Below are positions 8,832 to 19,045 of a DNA stretch of 64,000 nucleotides, piece after piece. Both the position numbers and the translations under genes were made by a program. This DNA is from Dehalococcoidia bacterium (GTDB lineage: Bacteria; Chloroflexota; Dehalococcoidia; Dehalococcoidales; RBG-16-60-22): NCBI GenBank assembly GCA_011192005.1, contig DUFB01000066.1, forward strand, positions 583-64,582, written 5' to 3'. Positions within the stretch are counted from its first letter, which is position 1. Each line of letters begins with the position of its first letter. The notes under the pieces are model-generated. The model was given only the letters and a program-made list of their open reading frames with translations, was not told where the DNA came from and searched no databases.

Positions 8832-9519
8832 CCTCAATGCGTTTTACGGCAATATCCATGTATTGTGGGATATCTCTTTTACGGTCAAAGAAGCCGAAAT
8901 ATTCGCCCTTATCGGCGCCAATGGAGCCGGTAAGTCTACTCTGCTCCGTGCCATCTCCGGTCTGTTACTACCCGCATCAGGTACGATTACCTTTCTCGGC
9001 CAGCGAATAGACCACCTTTCCTCAAATGAAATTGTGGAACTCGGTCTTTCTCATATTCCGGAGGGAAGAAAACTTTTTACCGAGATGTCAGTCCGCGAGA
9101 ACCTCGAGATGGGTGCCTACACTAAGCCCGCTTGGGTTCAGAAAGCAGAAACACTTAAATGGGTCTACGAGATTTTTCCTATACTGAAAGAGAGAGAAAA
9201 ACAGCTTGCTAGTACACTCAGCGGCGGCGAGCAGCAGATGCTGGCCATGGGACGGGGACTGATGTCCCGACCCAAATTATGCATCATCGACGAGCCGTCG
9301 AACGGCCTGGCCCCGAGACTGGTACTGGAAGTGTTCAAGGTTATTAAATCCTTACGCGATCAGGATATTACCATCCTGCTCGTCGAGCAGAACGTAAAGC
9401 ATACCCTGGAAACCGCCGACCGAGCCTGCGTTCTGGAAAACGGCCGGTTAGCGCTGGACGGCACCTGCCAGCAGCTCCTTGACAGCGAGCATATCCGCAA
9501 GGCCTACCTGGGTCTGTAG
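8815..9519 (+). CDS. livF: Branched-chain amino acid ABC transporter ATP-binding protein (LivF family)
   Basis: Walker A GANGAGKST, signature LSGGEQQMLAMGRGL, Walker B LCIIDEPS. Confidence 0.9.
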   Translation: MLEVSNLNAFYGNIHVLWDISFTVKEAEIFALIGANGAGKSTLLRAISGLLLPASGTITFLGQRIDHLSSNEIVELGLSHIPEGRKLFTEMSVRENLEMGAYTKPAWVQKAETLKWVYEIFPILKEREKQLASTLSGGEQQMLAMGRGLMSRPKLCIIDEPSNGLAPRLVLEVFKVIKSLRDQDITILLVEQNVKHTLETADRACVLENGRLALDGTCQQLLDSEHIRKAYLGL

Positions 9520-9566
9520 AACGGGCATAACTCTCTACTCTGCCGACCGCGAATCATTCGCCTCGA

Positions 9567-9986
9567 TTACTTTTTATTTTTTAATGGTGTCACGTGATAC
9601 CGGCGCGTCAGCATAATCTCCAGGAAGATAACCGGCTTCGGAATCTTTTTAAAATTCAAAGGCCCGTGGGGTAATCCCTTGACAAGCGAAACGATTGCGG
9701 GTGAATCGATGACATGCTTTTCCTGCTCCTCACCAAGGCAAATCTCTATTTCCGCACCGCCGAAATCCCGGCAGTCCATGGGATTGGTACCGAGAAAACA
9801 GAGCAGCTGCTGAAAGTCATCGTGGAAATGGGGTTCCTTCAGCATGAGTTCGGGCTTGTAAATAACCTGGTGCGTAATGATACAATCGGCATCAATCTCG
9901 TCTCCGTGCGCGGATACACATTCCAGCTGATGGTGTTTTTTGTAGGCGTTCCTGATGACATGCTTCCCGTACTTTGTTTCAGCCAT
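9567..9986 (-). CDS. Uncharacterised cupin-like protein, paralog 1 of 4
   Basis: ORF 9567..10025. The ATG at 9986 follows a GGAGG SD. Core sequence EPHFHDDFQQLLCFLGTNP...GGAEIEICLGEEQEKHVI...GLPHGPL...KPVIFLEI is shared with the CDSs at 26971, 34234 and 46465. Confidence 0.75.
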   Translation of the reverse strand: MAETKYGKHVIRNAYKKHHQLECVSAHGDEIDADCIITHQVIYKPELMLKEPHFHDDFQQLLCFLGTNPMDCRDFGGAEIEICLGEEQEKHVIDSPAIVSLVKGLPHGPLNFKKIPKPVIFLEIMLTRRYHVTPLKNKK

Positions 9987-10182
9987 TTTACCTCCTCTAG
10001 GATTTCTCTGATATTTTACATTCATAACATAGACTGAAGTAAATCTATTTTCCCCAAGTTTACTAAAAGCATGAATACAAGTCCATTATGATTGTGGAAT
10101 GAAAAGATCAGTCCGATAAAGAAGGTCAGAAGTTAATATACCGATTATGCTTTATAATGAAGATGTATTATAAAGACGGCGC

Positions 10183-11265
10183 TCAGGCGGGAACCTCAAC
10201 CTCCAGCGTGGTCCCTCGTCCGGGCTTCGAGTCCACGTCTATAGACCCACCCAACAACCAGACACGTTCCTGCATGCCCATCAGTCCAAGCTGGCCGATA
10301 CGGGGAAGGTCATCCATGCTTCCCCGCAGTTCGAACCCCTTGCCGTTGTCACTGACGGTTATCTTTATACCTTTTCCGTTGAACTCAGCCGTTACGTGTA
10401 CTTCGGTTGCATCAGCATGCTTGCTGACATTGTTGAGCGCTTCCTGAACAATCCGGAAAAGCGATAATTCAATTTCGTTGGAGAGCCGCCTTTCCTCACC
10501 GATTACCCTGAAATCGGCAATAGTACCGTCGGTGCTCTCAAGATTATTGGTCAGCGACCTGAGTGCCGGTATCAGTCCCAAGTCATCCAGCAAAGAAGGA
10601 CGGAGATTTTGAATAAAGCTGTTCAGAGATTGCATGCCCTGATTTAAAAGATTCTGAACGTCGTGGAGGGCGGCGGCCTCACTTTCCCCGAAATCGTGCT
10701 TTTTCCTGAGGAGATTGTCAAGTCGGCGTGAAAGCGACCCCAGAATCTGGGCCATATCGTCGTGAAGTTCGCGGGCGATGTACTTACGCTCTTCTTCCTG
10801 TGCCCTGGTTATCTGCTGTAAAAAGAAACGTAAATTATCTTCTAGATTTTTACGCTCGGTAATATCCACCAGAGTTTCAATGGCGCCAATAATTTCTCCA
10901 TCATCATCCTTGATGGGACTGGCGGTAAAATGAAGCCAGATGCCTTTGTCACCCAGATGTGAAAAGAAGTCTTCAGCTTCATAAGCGTCTTCTATTAAAG
11001 GAGATTTTTTGCACTTGCCTTGGTAATATACCTCGATTTCTTCGGCGGAGGCTCCTTCGACGATGAGGTCGGCCATAGAAGGTCTTTTTTCCTTATAGAA
11101 AGACATCCAGTGGTCGTCCTTGCCGAGAACATCTTCTCTTTTTCTGCCAGACAGAGCCTCGACGGCATTATTCCAGTGGGTGATTTTATGCTCTTTGTTG
11201 ATTACGAACAGCGGTATTGCCGAGCCGTTAACGATTTTTGCCAGAGTTTTAGAGCTTAATGGCAT
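10183..11265 (-). CDS. Cytoplasmic PAS-domain sensor histidine kinase (NarX/DegS-type HisKA_3 + HATPase)
   Basis: No TM segment. PAS domain (PLFVINKEHKITHWNNAVEALSG), H-box RELHDDMAQILGSL, and ATPase boxes (ALNNVSKHA, DNGKGF, GLMGMQERV). Confidence 0.9.
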   Translation of the reverse strand: MPLSSKTLAKIVNGSAIPLFVINKEHKITHWNNAVEALSGRKREDVLGKDDHWMSFYKEKRPSMADLIVEGASAEEIEVYYQGKCKKSPLIEDAYEAEDFFSHLGDKGIWLHFTASPIKDDDGEIIGAIETLVDITERKNLEDNLRFFLQQITRAQEEERKYIARELHDDMAQILGSLSRRLDNLLRKKHDFGESEAAALHDVQNLLNQGMQSLNSFIQNLRPSLLDDLGLIPALRSLTNNLESTDGTIADFRVIGEERRLSNEIELSLFRIVQEALNNVSKHADATEVHVTAEFNGKGIKITVSDNGKGFELRGSMDDLPRIGQLGLMGMQERVWLLGGSIDVDSKPGRGTTLEVEVPA

Positions 11266-11312
11266 TTCTTTTATACCTGTGATTATTGGTATTTGCTTTA
11301 ATCACGACGATA

Positions 11313-11981
11313 CTACGCCAGTTCGTCCAGGGTGAGCCAGCCTTTTTTAAGACCAAAGAGAACCGCCTCTGTACGGGAACCGACCCCCAGTTTATTAAAG
11401 ACATCCCTCATATGCCCCTCGACGGTACGATAGCTGAGGTGAAGTTTATCGGCAATCTCTTTATTGGTCAGTCCCCTGGCGGCCAGCTTGATGATATCCA
11501 GCTCGCGGCTGCTGAGGTGTTCCGTATCTTCCTTAACAGAAGGAATCCTGTTCTGGAATTTAAAGTAATTCATTACTTTCTTGGCGATAACGGGGTCCAA
11601 AACGGGTTCACCGTTGTGAATGGCCTTGACGGCACGCACCAGTTCATCGCCGCCGACGCTTTTTAATAAGTAGCCCGCGGCCCCGGCTTTAAGCATGGCG
11701 AAAACATACTCATCATCGTCGTAGGCGCTGAGTATCAGCACCCCGGTATAGGGATTAATTACTTTGATTTGACGGGTAGCTTCAATGCCGTTCAGCTTGG
11801 GCATGGCGATGTCCATGATTACCACGTCCGGTTTCAACTCGGTAACTATTTGGACTGCCTCTTCGCCGTTGCTGGCCTCGCCGATTACCTTTAAACCTTC
11901 CTCATCTTCCAGCAGGCGGAGGATACCCTGGCGCGTTATTAAATGGTCTTCACCCAGGACTATGGTGATGTCACTCATCAA
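11313..11981 (-). CDS. NarL/LuxR-family two-component response regulator
   Basis: Receiver domain (VLGEDH..., VVIMDIAMP, LSAY) plus a C-terminal LuxR HTH (LSSRELDIIKLAARGLTNKEIADKLHLSYRTVEGHMRDVFNKLG). Confidence 0.92.
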   Translation of the reverse strand: MMSDITIVLGEDHLITRQGILRLLEDEEGLKVIGEASNGEEAVQIVTELKPDVVIMDIAMPKLNGIEATRQIKVINPYTGVLILSAYDDDEYVFAMLKAGAAGYLLKSVGGDELVRAVKAIHNGEPVLDPVIAKKVMNYFKFQNRIPSVKEDTEHLSSRELDIIKLAARGLTNKEIADKLHLSYRTVEGHMRDVFNKLGVGSRTEAVLFGLKKGWLTLDELA

Positions 11982-12234
11982 TACTTCCCTAATACCATAA
12001 TATCAGAATCTGGACTAACTGTACATACGTGTTTCCACATATTCTTTTTTTGATAACAGGTATTTTAACTCGGCGTATTACACCTGTTTCTGATGCGTAT
12101 ACACGTGTTGTTACTGGTGGAAGCTGCCCCGCAAATGGAGGGGTTTATGTACTGCAAAGGCGTATGTTAACGGATGGAAGCGATATCAGCGAGTTATACA
12201 CTGGAATTAGAAAGGTAACGCAGGAGGTATTTCA

Positions 12235-12732
12235 GTGGATACTGGTCTGGATTTCACCACGATTCAAACCATCTTGGAAAGCAATGCCGAGAAGGTCGAG
12301 AAGCTGATCGAAAGCTACATTAGTAAAAAGGAGCAGCTGATATCTTTATTGCAGGATGTTCAGGCTGAATTCAATTACATTCCTCAGGATGTCATCATCA
12401 GGATAAGCCAGAGGCTGGAAATTCCCCTGAGTCAGGTTTTCAGCGTCGCCACGTTTTTCCAGGCTTTCAGCCTGAAGCCGAGAGGACGTCACACCATAAC
12501 CGTCTGTCTAGGCACGGCCTGCCATATCAAGGGCGGCCAGAGACTAGTCGATAAGCTGGGAAGAGACTATGACCTGAAACCCGGCGAAACGACGGAAGAC
12601 ATGAGGTTCTCGCTGGAGACCGCCAACTGCCTGGGCTGCTGTGCTCTCGGACCGGTGGTGGTCATCGATGGGAAGTATGAAAGCAAGGTAACCCCGGATA
12701 AGCTCGATAAAATCCTGAAGAAGTACGAATAG
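12235..12732 (+). CDS. NuoE/HydC-like [2Fe-2S] thioredoxin-fold subunit
   Basis: GTG start 7 nt after an AGGAGG SD. Contains CLGTACHIKG...CLGCCALGPV, the four-Cys NuoE motif. Confidence 0.88.
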   Translation: MDTGLDFTTIQTILESNAEKVEKLIESYISKKEQLISLLQDVQAEFNYIPQDVIIRISQRLEIPLSQVFSVATFFQAFSLKPRGRHTITVCLGTACHIKGGQRLVDKLGRDYDLKPGETTEDMRFSLETANCLGCCALGPVVVIDGKYESKVTPDKLDKILKKYE

Positions 12733-12751
12733 ATATAAGGAAGGCTAAAAA

Positions 12752-14632
12752 ATGGTTGAGCAAGTCAGGAAACTGTTAGATAAAAGACTGAAAACCCCTG
12801 AAGAGCTGGAAAAGCTCCGCCAGTCAATCATAAGCGATAAGGATACTAGCCGCATCCTGATATCCGTATGCGGCGGTACCGGCTGTCGCGCCTCGGGTGC
12901 CGAGGCGGTCGTGGATGCCTTTGCCGAGGAAATCGAGAGGCTGGAACTCCAGGCGAAAATAGAGTTCAAGGAAACGGGCTGCCACGGCTTCTGCGAGCGG
13001 GGTCCGGTAGTGCTTATCGGTCCCAAGAAAATCTTTTACCAGCACGTACAGCCCGAGGACGTACCGGAGATTGTCGCTGAGACCGTTCTTCAGGGCAAAC
13101 CGATACAACGACTACTCTACACAGACCCGGCCACCAACGAGGAAATCACCTACGAAACTGATGTCCCGTTCTACAAGAGACAGACCCGCCTGATCCTGGG
13201 CGCTAACGGCGAGATAGACCCCACCGACATCGAGCAGTATATTGCCGCAGGAGGCTATTCCGCCCTGAGCAAAGCCCTTTTCCACATGACGCCGGAGAAA
13301 ATCATCAGCGAAGTGACCGATTCCGGTTTGAGAGGCAGGGGGGGTGGCGGCTTTCCCACCGGACGAAAATGGCAGTCCTGCCTAAAAGCCAAAGGTGATA
13401 TTAAATACGTACTCTGCAACGCCGACGAGGGAGACCCCGGTGCCTACCAGGACCGCAGTATCCTGGAGGGCAATCCGCACAGCGTTATCGAGGGAATGAT
13501 TATCGGTGCCTATGCCATCGGCTCCAATAACGGATATATATATGTACGTAACGAATACCCCCTGGCCGTAGAGCGTACCATCATAGCCCTAGAGCAGGCG
13601 ATGGACTACGGCTTCCTCGGAGAGAATATCCTAGGCTCCGGTTTCAATTTCACCATAACCATCAACAAGGGCGGCGGGGCTTTCGTTTGCGGCGAGTCCA
13701 GCGCCCTGATAGCTTCCCTCGAAGGGAAGATAGGCGAACCCAAAGCCAAATACACCCACATGTCTGAAAAAGGTCTCTGGGACAAGCCCAGCCTGCTGAA
13801 TAACGTAAAAACCTGGGCGAACGTACCGTTGATAGTCAACAAGGGTACAGACTGGTATTCGAAAATCGGTACGAAGGGCAGCAAAGGAACGATGATATTC
13901 TCGCTGGTCGGCAAGATAAATAACTCCGGCCTGGTGGAAGTGCCCATGGGCATCACCCTGAGGGAAATGATTTACGACATCGGCGGCGGTATCCCCGGAG
14001 GCAAGAAATTCAAAGCGGTCCAGACCGGCGGTCCTTCCGGCGGCTGTATCCCCGAAGAGTACCTGGATACCCCGGTGGATTTCGATGAATTAACCAAACT
14101 GGGTTCGATGATGGGCTCGGGCGGGATGATCGTGATGGACGAGGACAACTGCATGGTCGATGTCGCCCGTTACTTCATCGAATTCCTTAAAGGTGAATCG
14201 TGCGGCAAATGCGTGCCCTGTCGGGAAGGGCTGGCCAAGATGAGCGAGATTCTCAACAGGATAAGCCACGGACAGGGCAAACCGGAAGACATAGAGGTCA
14301 TGACCGACCTTGGCGAAATACTGAATAACGGCGCTCTCTGTGCGCTGGGGCGCTCGGCGGCCAATCCGGTACTTTCGACCATAAAGTACTTTAAAGACGA
14401 GTACCTGGCCCATATCAATGACAAGAAATGCCCGGCCGGCGTTTGCCGTGAGTTAATCGAGTACAGTATCGACCCCGACAAGTGTACCGGCTGCGGTGCC
14501 TGCGTGCGTGCCTGTTCCACGAATGCCATCAGTGGAGAAAAGAAAGAACCTCATGTAATTAACCAGGGAATGTGCATCAAATGCGGGGCCTGCTATGACA
14601 CCTGCAAGTTCGATGCTGTAATAAAAGGTTAG
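12752..14632 (+). CDS. NuoF/HydB-like NADH- and FMN-binding subunit with N-terminal [2Fe-2S] and C-terminal 2x[4Fe-4S] domains
   Basis: GRGGGGFPTGRKW, CNADEGDPGA and ESCGKCVPCREG (N3 cluster). N-terminal CGGTGCRASG...GCHGFCERGP. C-terminal CTGCGACVRAC and CIKCGACYDTC. Confidence 0.92.
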   Translation: MVEQVRKLLDKRLKTPEELEKLRQSIISDKDTSRILISVCGGTGCRASGAEAVVDAFAEEIERLELQAKIEFKETGCHGFCERGPVVLIGPKKIFYQHVQPEDVPEIVAETVLQGKPIQRLLYTDPATNEEITYETDVPFYKRQTRLILGANGEIDPTDIEQYIAAGGYSALSKALFHMTPEKIISEVTDSGLRGRGGGGFPTGRKWQSCLKAKGDIKYVLCNADEGDPGAYQDRSILEGNPHSVIEGMIIGAYAIGSNNGYIYVRNEYPLAVERTIIALEQAMDYGFLGENILGSGFNFTITINKGGGAFVCGESSALIASLEGKIGEPKAKYTHMSEKGLWDKPSLLNNVKTWANVPLIVNKGTDWYSKIGTKGSKGTMIFSLVGKINNSGLVEVPMGITLREMIYDIGGGIPGGKKFKAVQTGGPSGGCIPEEYLDTPVDFDELTKLGSMMGSGGMIVMDEDNCMVDVARYFIEFLKGESCGKCVPCREGLAKMSEILNRISHGQGKPEDIEVMTDLGEILNNGALCALGRSAANPVLSTIKYFKDEYLAHINDKKCPAGVCRELIEYSIDPDKCTGCGACVRACSTNAISGEKKEPHVINQGMCIKCGACYDTCKFDAVIKG

Positions 14633-14644
14633 AAGGAGACAGAA

Positions 14645-15352
14645 ATGACCAAATATTGGATTAGTAGCGAAACATCAATCGAGATAGACAGTGCCGAAGA
14701 TAACAATGTCGTCCACTTCTCAGTCGACGATAAAGATGTTATCGTATCGAACGGGCAGACCATATACGAAGCCCTGCAGCGTCAATCAGGAATCGGCAAT
14801 ATCCCGGCTCTCTGTTACCACCCTTCGGTCCGACCGTACGGCGCCTGCCGTCTCTGTACCGTCGAAGTGAGCGAGGACGGAGGCAAAAATTTCAGGTTCG
14901 TCGCCTCCTGCCTGTATCCGGTCAAGGAAGGCCTCGTCGTGAAAACGAACACCGAGAGGGTGCGTAACCTGCGTAAAGGTATTATCGAGCTTCTGCTGGC
15001 GAGATGCCCCAACACCAAGGTGTTACAGGAACTTGCCGATGAGTACGGTGTCGAGAAACCGAGGTTTGCCCTGGGCGACCACGATTGCATCCTCTGCGGA
15101 CTCTGCGTGAGGGCATGCCAGGAAATCATCGGGAAATCGGCCATAAGCCTGGTAAACCGTGGTATCTATAAGGAAGTGGCCGCCCCGTTTTATGCCTACG
15201 AACTCGGTGAAGAATGCATCGGCTGCGGGGACTGTGCTTTTATCTGTCCCACCGGAGCCATTAAAATGGGCGAAAACGGCAAGCCGGAACTGCCGAGAGT
15301 GAAAATACCCTACGCGGAAATCGGGGCGATGGCTTCAGCGGCAGAAGGTTAA
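14645..15352 (+). CDS. NuoG/HydA N-terminal-like FeS protein ([2Fe-2S] + [4Fe-4S] domains only; no catalytic domain)
   Basis: 235 aa with CYHPSVRPYGACRLCTVEV (plant-type 2Fe-2S), CILCGLCVRAC and CIGCGDCAFICP. It stops well before any H-cluster or molybdopterin domain. Confidence 0.85.
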   Translation: MTKYWISSETSIEIDSAEDNNVVHFSVDDKDVIVSNGQTIYEALQRQSGIGNIPALCYHPSVRPYGACRLCTVEVSEDGGKNFRFVASCLYPVKEGLVVKTNTERVRNLRKGIIELLLARCPNTKVLQELADEYGVEKPRFALGDHDCILCGLCVRACQEIIGKSAISLVNRGIYKEVAAPFYAYELGEECIGCGDCAFICPTGAIKMGENGKPELPRVKIPYAEIGAMASAAEG

Positions 15353-15376
15353 ACCGGTAAACTTCTTTCAGCCTGA

Positions 15377-15413
15377 GAAAAAGGCACAGTTATATGAACT
15401 GTGCCTTTTCTTT
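15377..15413 (+). terminator. Rho-independent terminator after the NuoEFG-like operon
   Basis: Perfect 13-bp stem AAAAGGCACAGTT (15379..15391) / AACTGTGCCTTTT (15397..15409), 5-nt loop, T-rich tail. Confidence 0.8.
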
Positions 15414-15552
15414 ACGTGTTGGTTAAGGTACTGCAGTGCAAAGGCCTGGTTATACATCTTATTTAAATATCCTCAACAGCGGAATAACTTATTAACTGTA
15501 AATGGTAATTAATTACAATTCTTAAATGTTAATAACTGAGAGTATGTTAAAA

Positions 15553-15581
15553 TTGACATAGATTGGAATTAATGCTAATAT
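15553..15581 (+). promoter_or_regulatory. Near-consensus sigma70-type promoter (TTGACA-17-TAATAT)
   Basis: -35 at 15553..15558 and -10 at 15576..15581. This would place the TSS near 15588, after the GTG that opens ORF 15585. Confidence 0.45.
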
Positions 15582-15623
15582 AATGTGATATTTTCAAGTG
15601 CTCGATTCCGTGTAGTATGTAAT

Positions 15624-15902
15624 ATGACTAATAAAACTAAACAAAATTACATATCCATACACCTCCAGATTAAGAAAAAACTATTTGAAATCACTAAAAG
15701 AAATAAACGTGCCTGTGTTGATGTTGCCCAGTTAGCCTCATATCTAGGAATGGACAAAAGGACAACCAGGTCCCACCTGAAAGTCATGGAGGTGGATGGG
15801 GTAGGTGTTTTCATGGACCCCGATGAAAAACAATTCTGTACCAAAGAAGGAGTCACTCTATTAGCCAATTTAATAAAATCGAATAAGACCAACAACGACT
15901 AG
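15624..15902 (+). CDS. Small putative winged-helix DNA-binding protein upstream of the formate dehydrogenase operon
   Basis: ORF 15585..15902. The ATG at 15624 is favoured because of the promoter position. VDVAQLASYLGMDKRTTRSHLKVMEVDGVGVF resembles a MarR/ArsR-type wHTH. There is no clear SD, so the call is tentative. Confidence 0.45.
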   Translation: MTNKTKQNYISIHLQIKKKLFEITKRNKRACVDVAQLASYLGMDKRTTRSHLKVMEVDGVGVFMDPDEKQFCTKEGVTLLANLIKSNKTNND

Positions 15903-15958
15903 AGATGCTATTAGGTAGCTTGCCTCGATTCGCATAGTATTTTAAAGAAGGAGGAAAT

Positions 15959-18900
15959 ATGGAGCTAAGCCGAAGAGATTTCCTAAAAGCCTCGGGCGCC
16001 GGAGTTGGCGGCATTTTTTTACTTGGTGCACTTAGCGATGGCGTAGCCTTAGCTGCACCGGTAAAACAAATACCGCTTAAAAAACAGGGTCAGGAATTTT
16101 CCACAATCTGTCCTTATGACGGCTCTGGCTGCGGTTTTATCGTCACCTCGAAAGACGGCAAAGTCGTCAACATCGAAGGCGATCCAGAACATCCGGTCAA
16201 CCGCGGCGGCTCTTGTGCCAAGGGAGCTTCAATGCGCCAGTTATCCGCAGATAATCCCTGGCGTCTGACCAAGCCATTATATCGCGCCCCCGGTGCCAGT
16301 GAATGGCAGCCCATGGAGTGGGACGAAACTCTGGATAGAATTGCCCGCCGGATTAAAAACACCCGGGACACCAGTTTTATCGAGAGGGATAGCAAGGGCA
16401 ATATCGTTAACAGGACCGAGGCTATCGCCAACCTAGGCGGTTCGGCCCTTGATAACGAGGAATGCTACCTGCTATCCAAGCTAGCACGGGCGCTGGGTAT
16501 CGTTTACCTGGAGCATCACGCCCGCATATGACATTCCCCAACTGTCGCCAGTTTGGCGGAAACATTCGGACGCGGTGCGATGACCAACCACTGGAATGAC
16601 CTCGCTAACTCAGATGTTCTCATGGCCATCGGTGGTAACCCGGCCGAAAACCATCCGGCTGCTTTCGGTCATATCACCATCGCCAAGGAAAGAGGTGCCA
16701 AGCTTATCAGCGTCGATCCCCGCTTTACTCGGACCTCGTCCAAGGCTGATATTTACGCCCCGATACGCTCAGGTACAGACATCGCTTTTATCGGTGGTAT
16801 GATCAATTATATCCTCAATGATATTGAAAGTAATCCTGGTAATTACAATCTTACTTACATCAGGGAATACACCAATGCTACTTTCTTAATTAATCCAGAT
16901 TACAAGGGACCAGCTGACTTAGAGGGACTATTTTCCGGCTATTCCGGCAGCTCTAATGAAATTGACGGTACTAAAAGAAATTACAATAAATCGACATGGC
17001 AGTTCCAGAGGGATGAAAACGGAATCCCCAAGCGAGACATGACCATGAAGGATCCTAACTGTGCTTACCAGCTCATCAAGAAGCACTTCGAGCGGTATAC
17101 GCCGGAGAAGGTAAACGCCATCTGCGGCACACCCATTGATACTTTTTTGGAGGTCTGCCGGACATTCGCTGCTAGCGGTCAGGTAGGCAAGTCAGGAACA
17201 ATCCTCTACGCGATGGGTACCACACAACACACTTATGGCGCTCAGAACATCCGCTCTTACACCATATTACAGCTTCTCCTCGCAAACATCGGCATCGCCG
17301 GCGGTGGCATCAATGCCATGCGCGGTGAGTCCAATGTTCAGGGCTCCACCGATTATTGCCTGCTATACCACATTATCCCGGGATATCTTAAAGTGCCAGT
17401 TGACTCTGATACAACGCTGGCAAAGTACATCACACGGACAACCCCCACGAGTAATGACCCCCTGAGTCTCAACTGGTGGAAGAATACCGATAAATATATA
17501 GTGAGTCTACTCAAAGCCTGGTATGGTGATAATGCCACGACAAGCAACGACTTCGGTTTTCATTATCTTCCCAAGATAACATCGGGCCAAGATTACTCGC
17601 ATATCTCACTCTTTGAAGCGATGAATGAAGGAGTAATTAAGGGACTGATGGTCTGGGGGCAAAACCCGGCCGTCGGCGGTCCCAACGCCGACTTGGAGCG
17701 AACCGCCATGGACAAGCTGGACTGGATGGTTGTCTCAGATATCTGGCAAACGGAGACGGCTAATCACTGGAAACGGCCCGGGGTAAATCCGGCGGAAATT
17801 GGTACCGAGGTCTTTCTGCTACCCGCCAAGAACTCCTGGGAGAAAGAGGGCAGTGTGACGAACAGCAGCCGCTGGATGCAGTGGCGCTATAAGGCAGCTG
17901 ATGGCCCCGGCGAGGCTGAAGATGACCTCTGGATGTTAGACAAGCTGGCTAAAAGACTGATGCAGCTCTACACCGATGAGGGTGGCCCCAGCGCCGAGTG
18001 TATCAACAAGCTTGACTGGGATTACGGCGATGACCATCCAGATGTACATGCCGTAGCCAAAGAAATCAACGGTTATGACCTGACTACCGGAAAACTTGTC
18101 GCAAGTTTTAGTGGTCTGAAAGCCGACGGCACAACATCTTCAGGCAACTGGCTCTACTGTAACAGCTATGTCGAACCTGATGCCGAGCCCGATGCACCGA
18201 TACCTGGCAACCGGGCCAGCCGGCGTAATTTGGATGATGGGCCATTTAACATAGGTCTCCACGCAAAGTGGGCCTGGTGCTGGCCGGTCAACCGACGTAT
18301 TATTTATAACCGCGCCTCGGTTGACCTTGACGGTAATCCCTGGGATGCTGAGCATCCGGTAATTAAATGGAATCCCGCCAAGGGAGATAGCGGCGGCTGG
18401 GACGGGGATGTACCCGACGGCGGTGCCGCACCAATGAATCAGGGTGGATATTATCCTTTCATCATGAAGGCTGATGGGCTTTCCAATATGTTCGGCCCCG
18501 GCATGGCCGATGGCCCATTACCCGAACACTACGAACCCTGGGAAGCGCCGATTGATAATACAATGTCAAAACAGAAGAACAATCCCGTTTTCAAGATATG
18601 GCGTCCTGACCAGCAGGGTACACCCGATAAATACCCGATTGTCTGCTCAACCTACCGTGTTTGCGAACACTGGCAGGGCGGCCAGATGACCCGCAACATG
18701 CCGTGGGTAATTGAAGCTCAACCCGAACCCTTCTGCGAAATGAGCGAGGAACTGGCCGAGGAAAAGGGCATTGCTAATGGCGATAAGGTCATCGTAGAAT
18801 CGGCCCGCGGCCAGGTCAAGTTTGTCGCCCTGGTCACCAAGCGGTTCAAACCTTTCAAGATGAACGGTAGCACCGTACATCAGGTTGGCATAATCTGGCA

Positions 18901-19021
18901 CTGGGGGTATACCGGCCTTTCCACCGGTGATAGCGCCAATATCCTGACACCTCATGTAGGTGATGCCAACACGATGATACCCGAATACAAGGCATTCCTG
19001 GTAAATGTCAGGAAAGCATAG
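15959..19021 (+). CDS. fdnG: Formate dehydrogenase-N/O type catalytic subunit, Tat-exported, selenocysteine-containing (TGA 16529..16531 read as Sec)
   Basis: ORFs 15959..16531 and 16553..19021 are in one frame, separated only by a TGA. The context LEHHARI-U-HSPTVASLAETFGRGAMTNHW is the conserved Sec/Cys active-site block of FdnG/FdoG. Twin-arginine signal MELSRRDFLKASGAG and N-terminal 4Fe-4S Cys motif (CPYDGSGCG...C). SD AAGGAGG. Confidence 0.9.
16543..16564 (+). promoter_or_regulatory. Candidate SECIS-like hairpin downstream of the UGA
   Basis: UGUCGCC-AGUUU-GGCG(GAA)ACA starts 11 nt after the UGA: 4+3 bp with a 3-nt bulge and a loop containing GU. It is a weak stem and was not energy-evaluated. 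Confidence 0.3.
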
Positions 19022-19045
19022 ACAGCAAGAGAGTAGGAGGAAATA

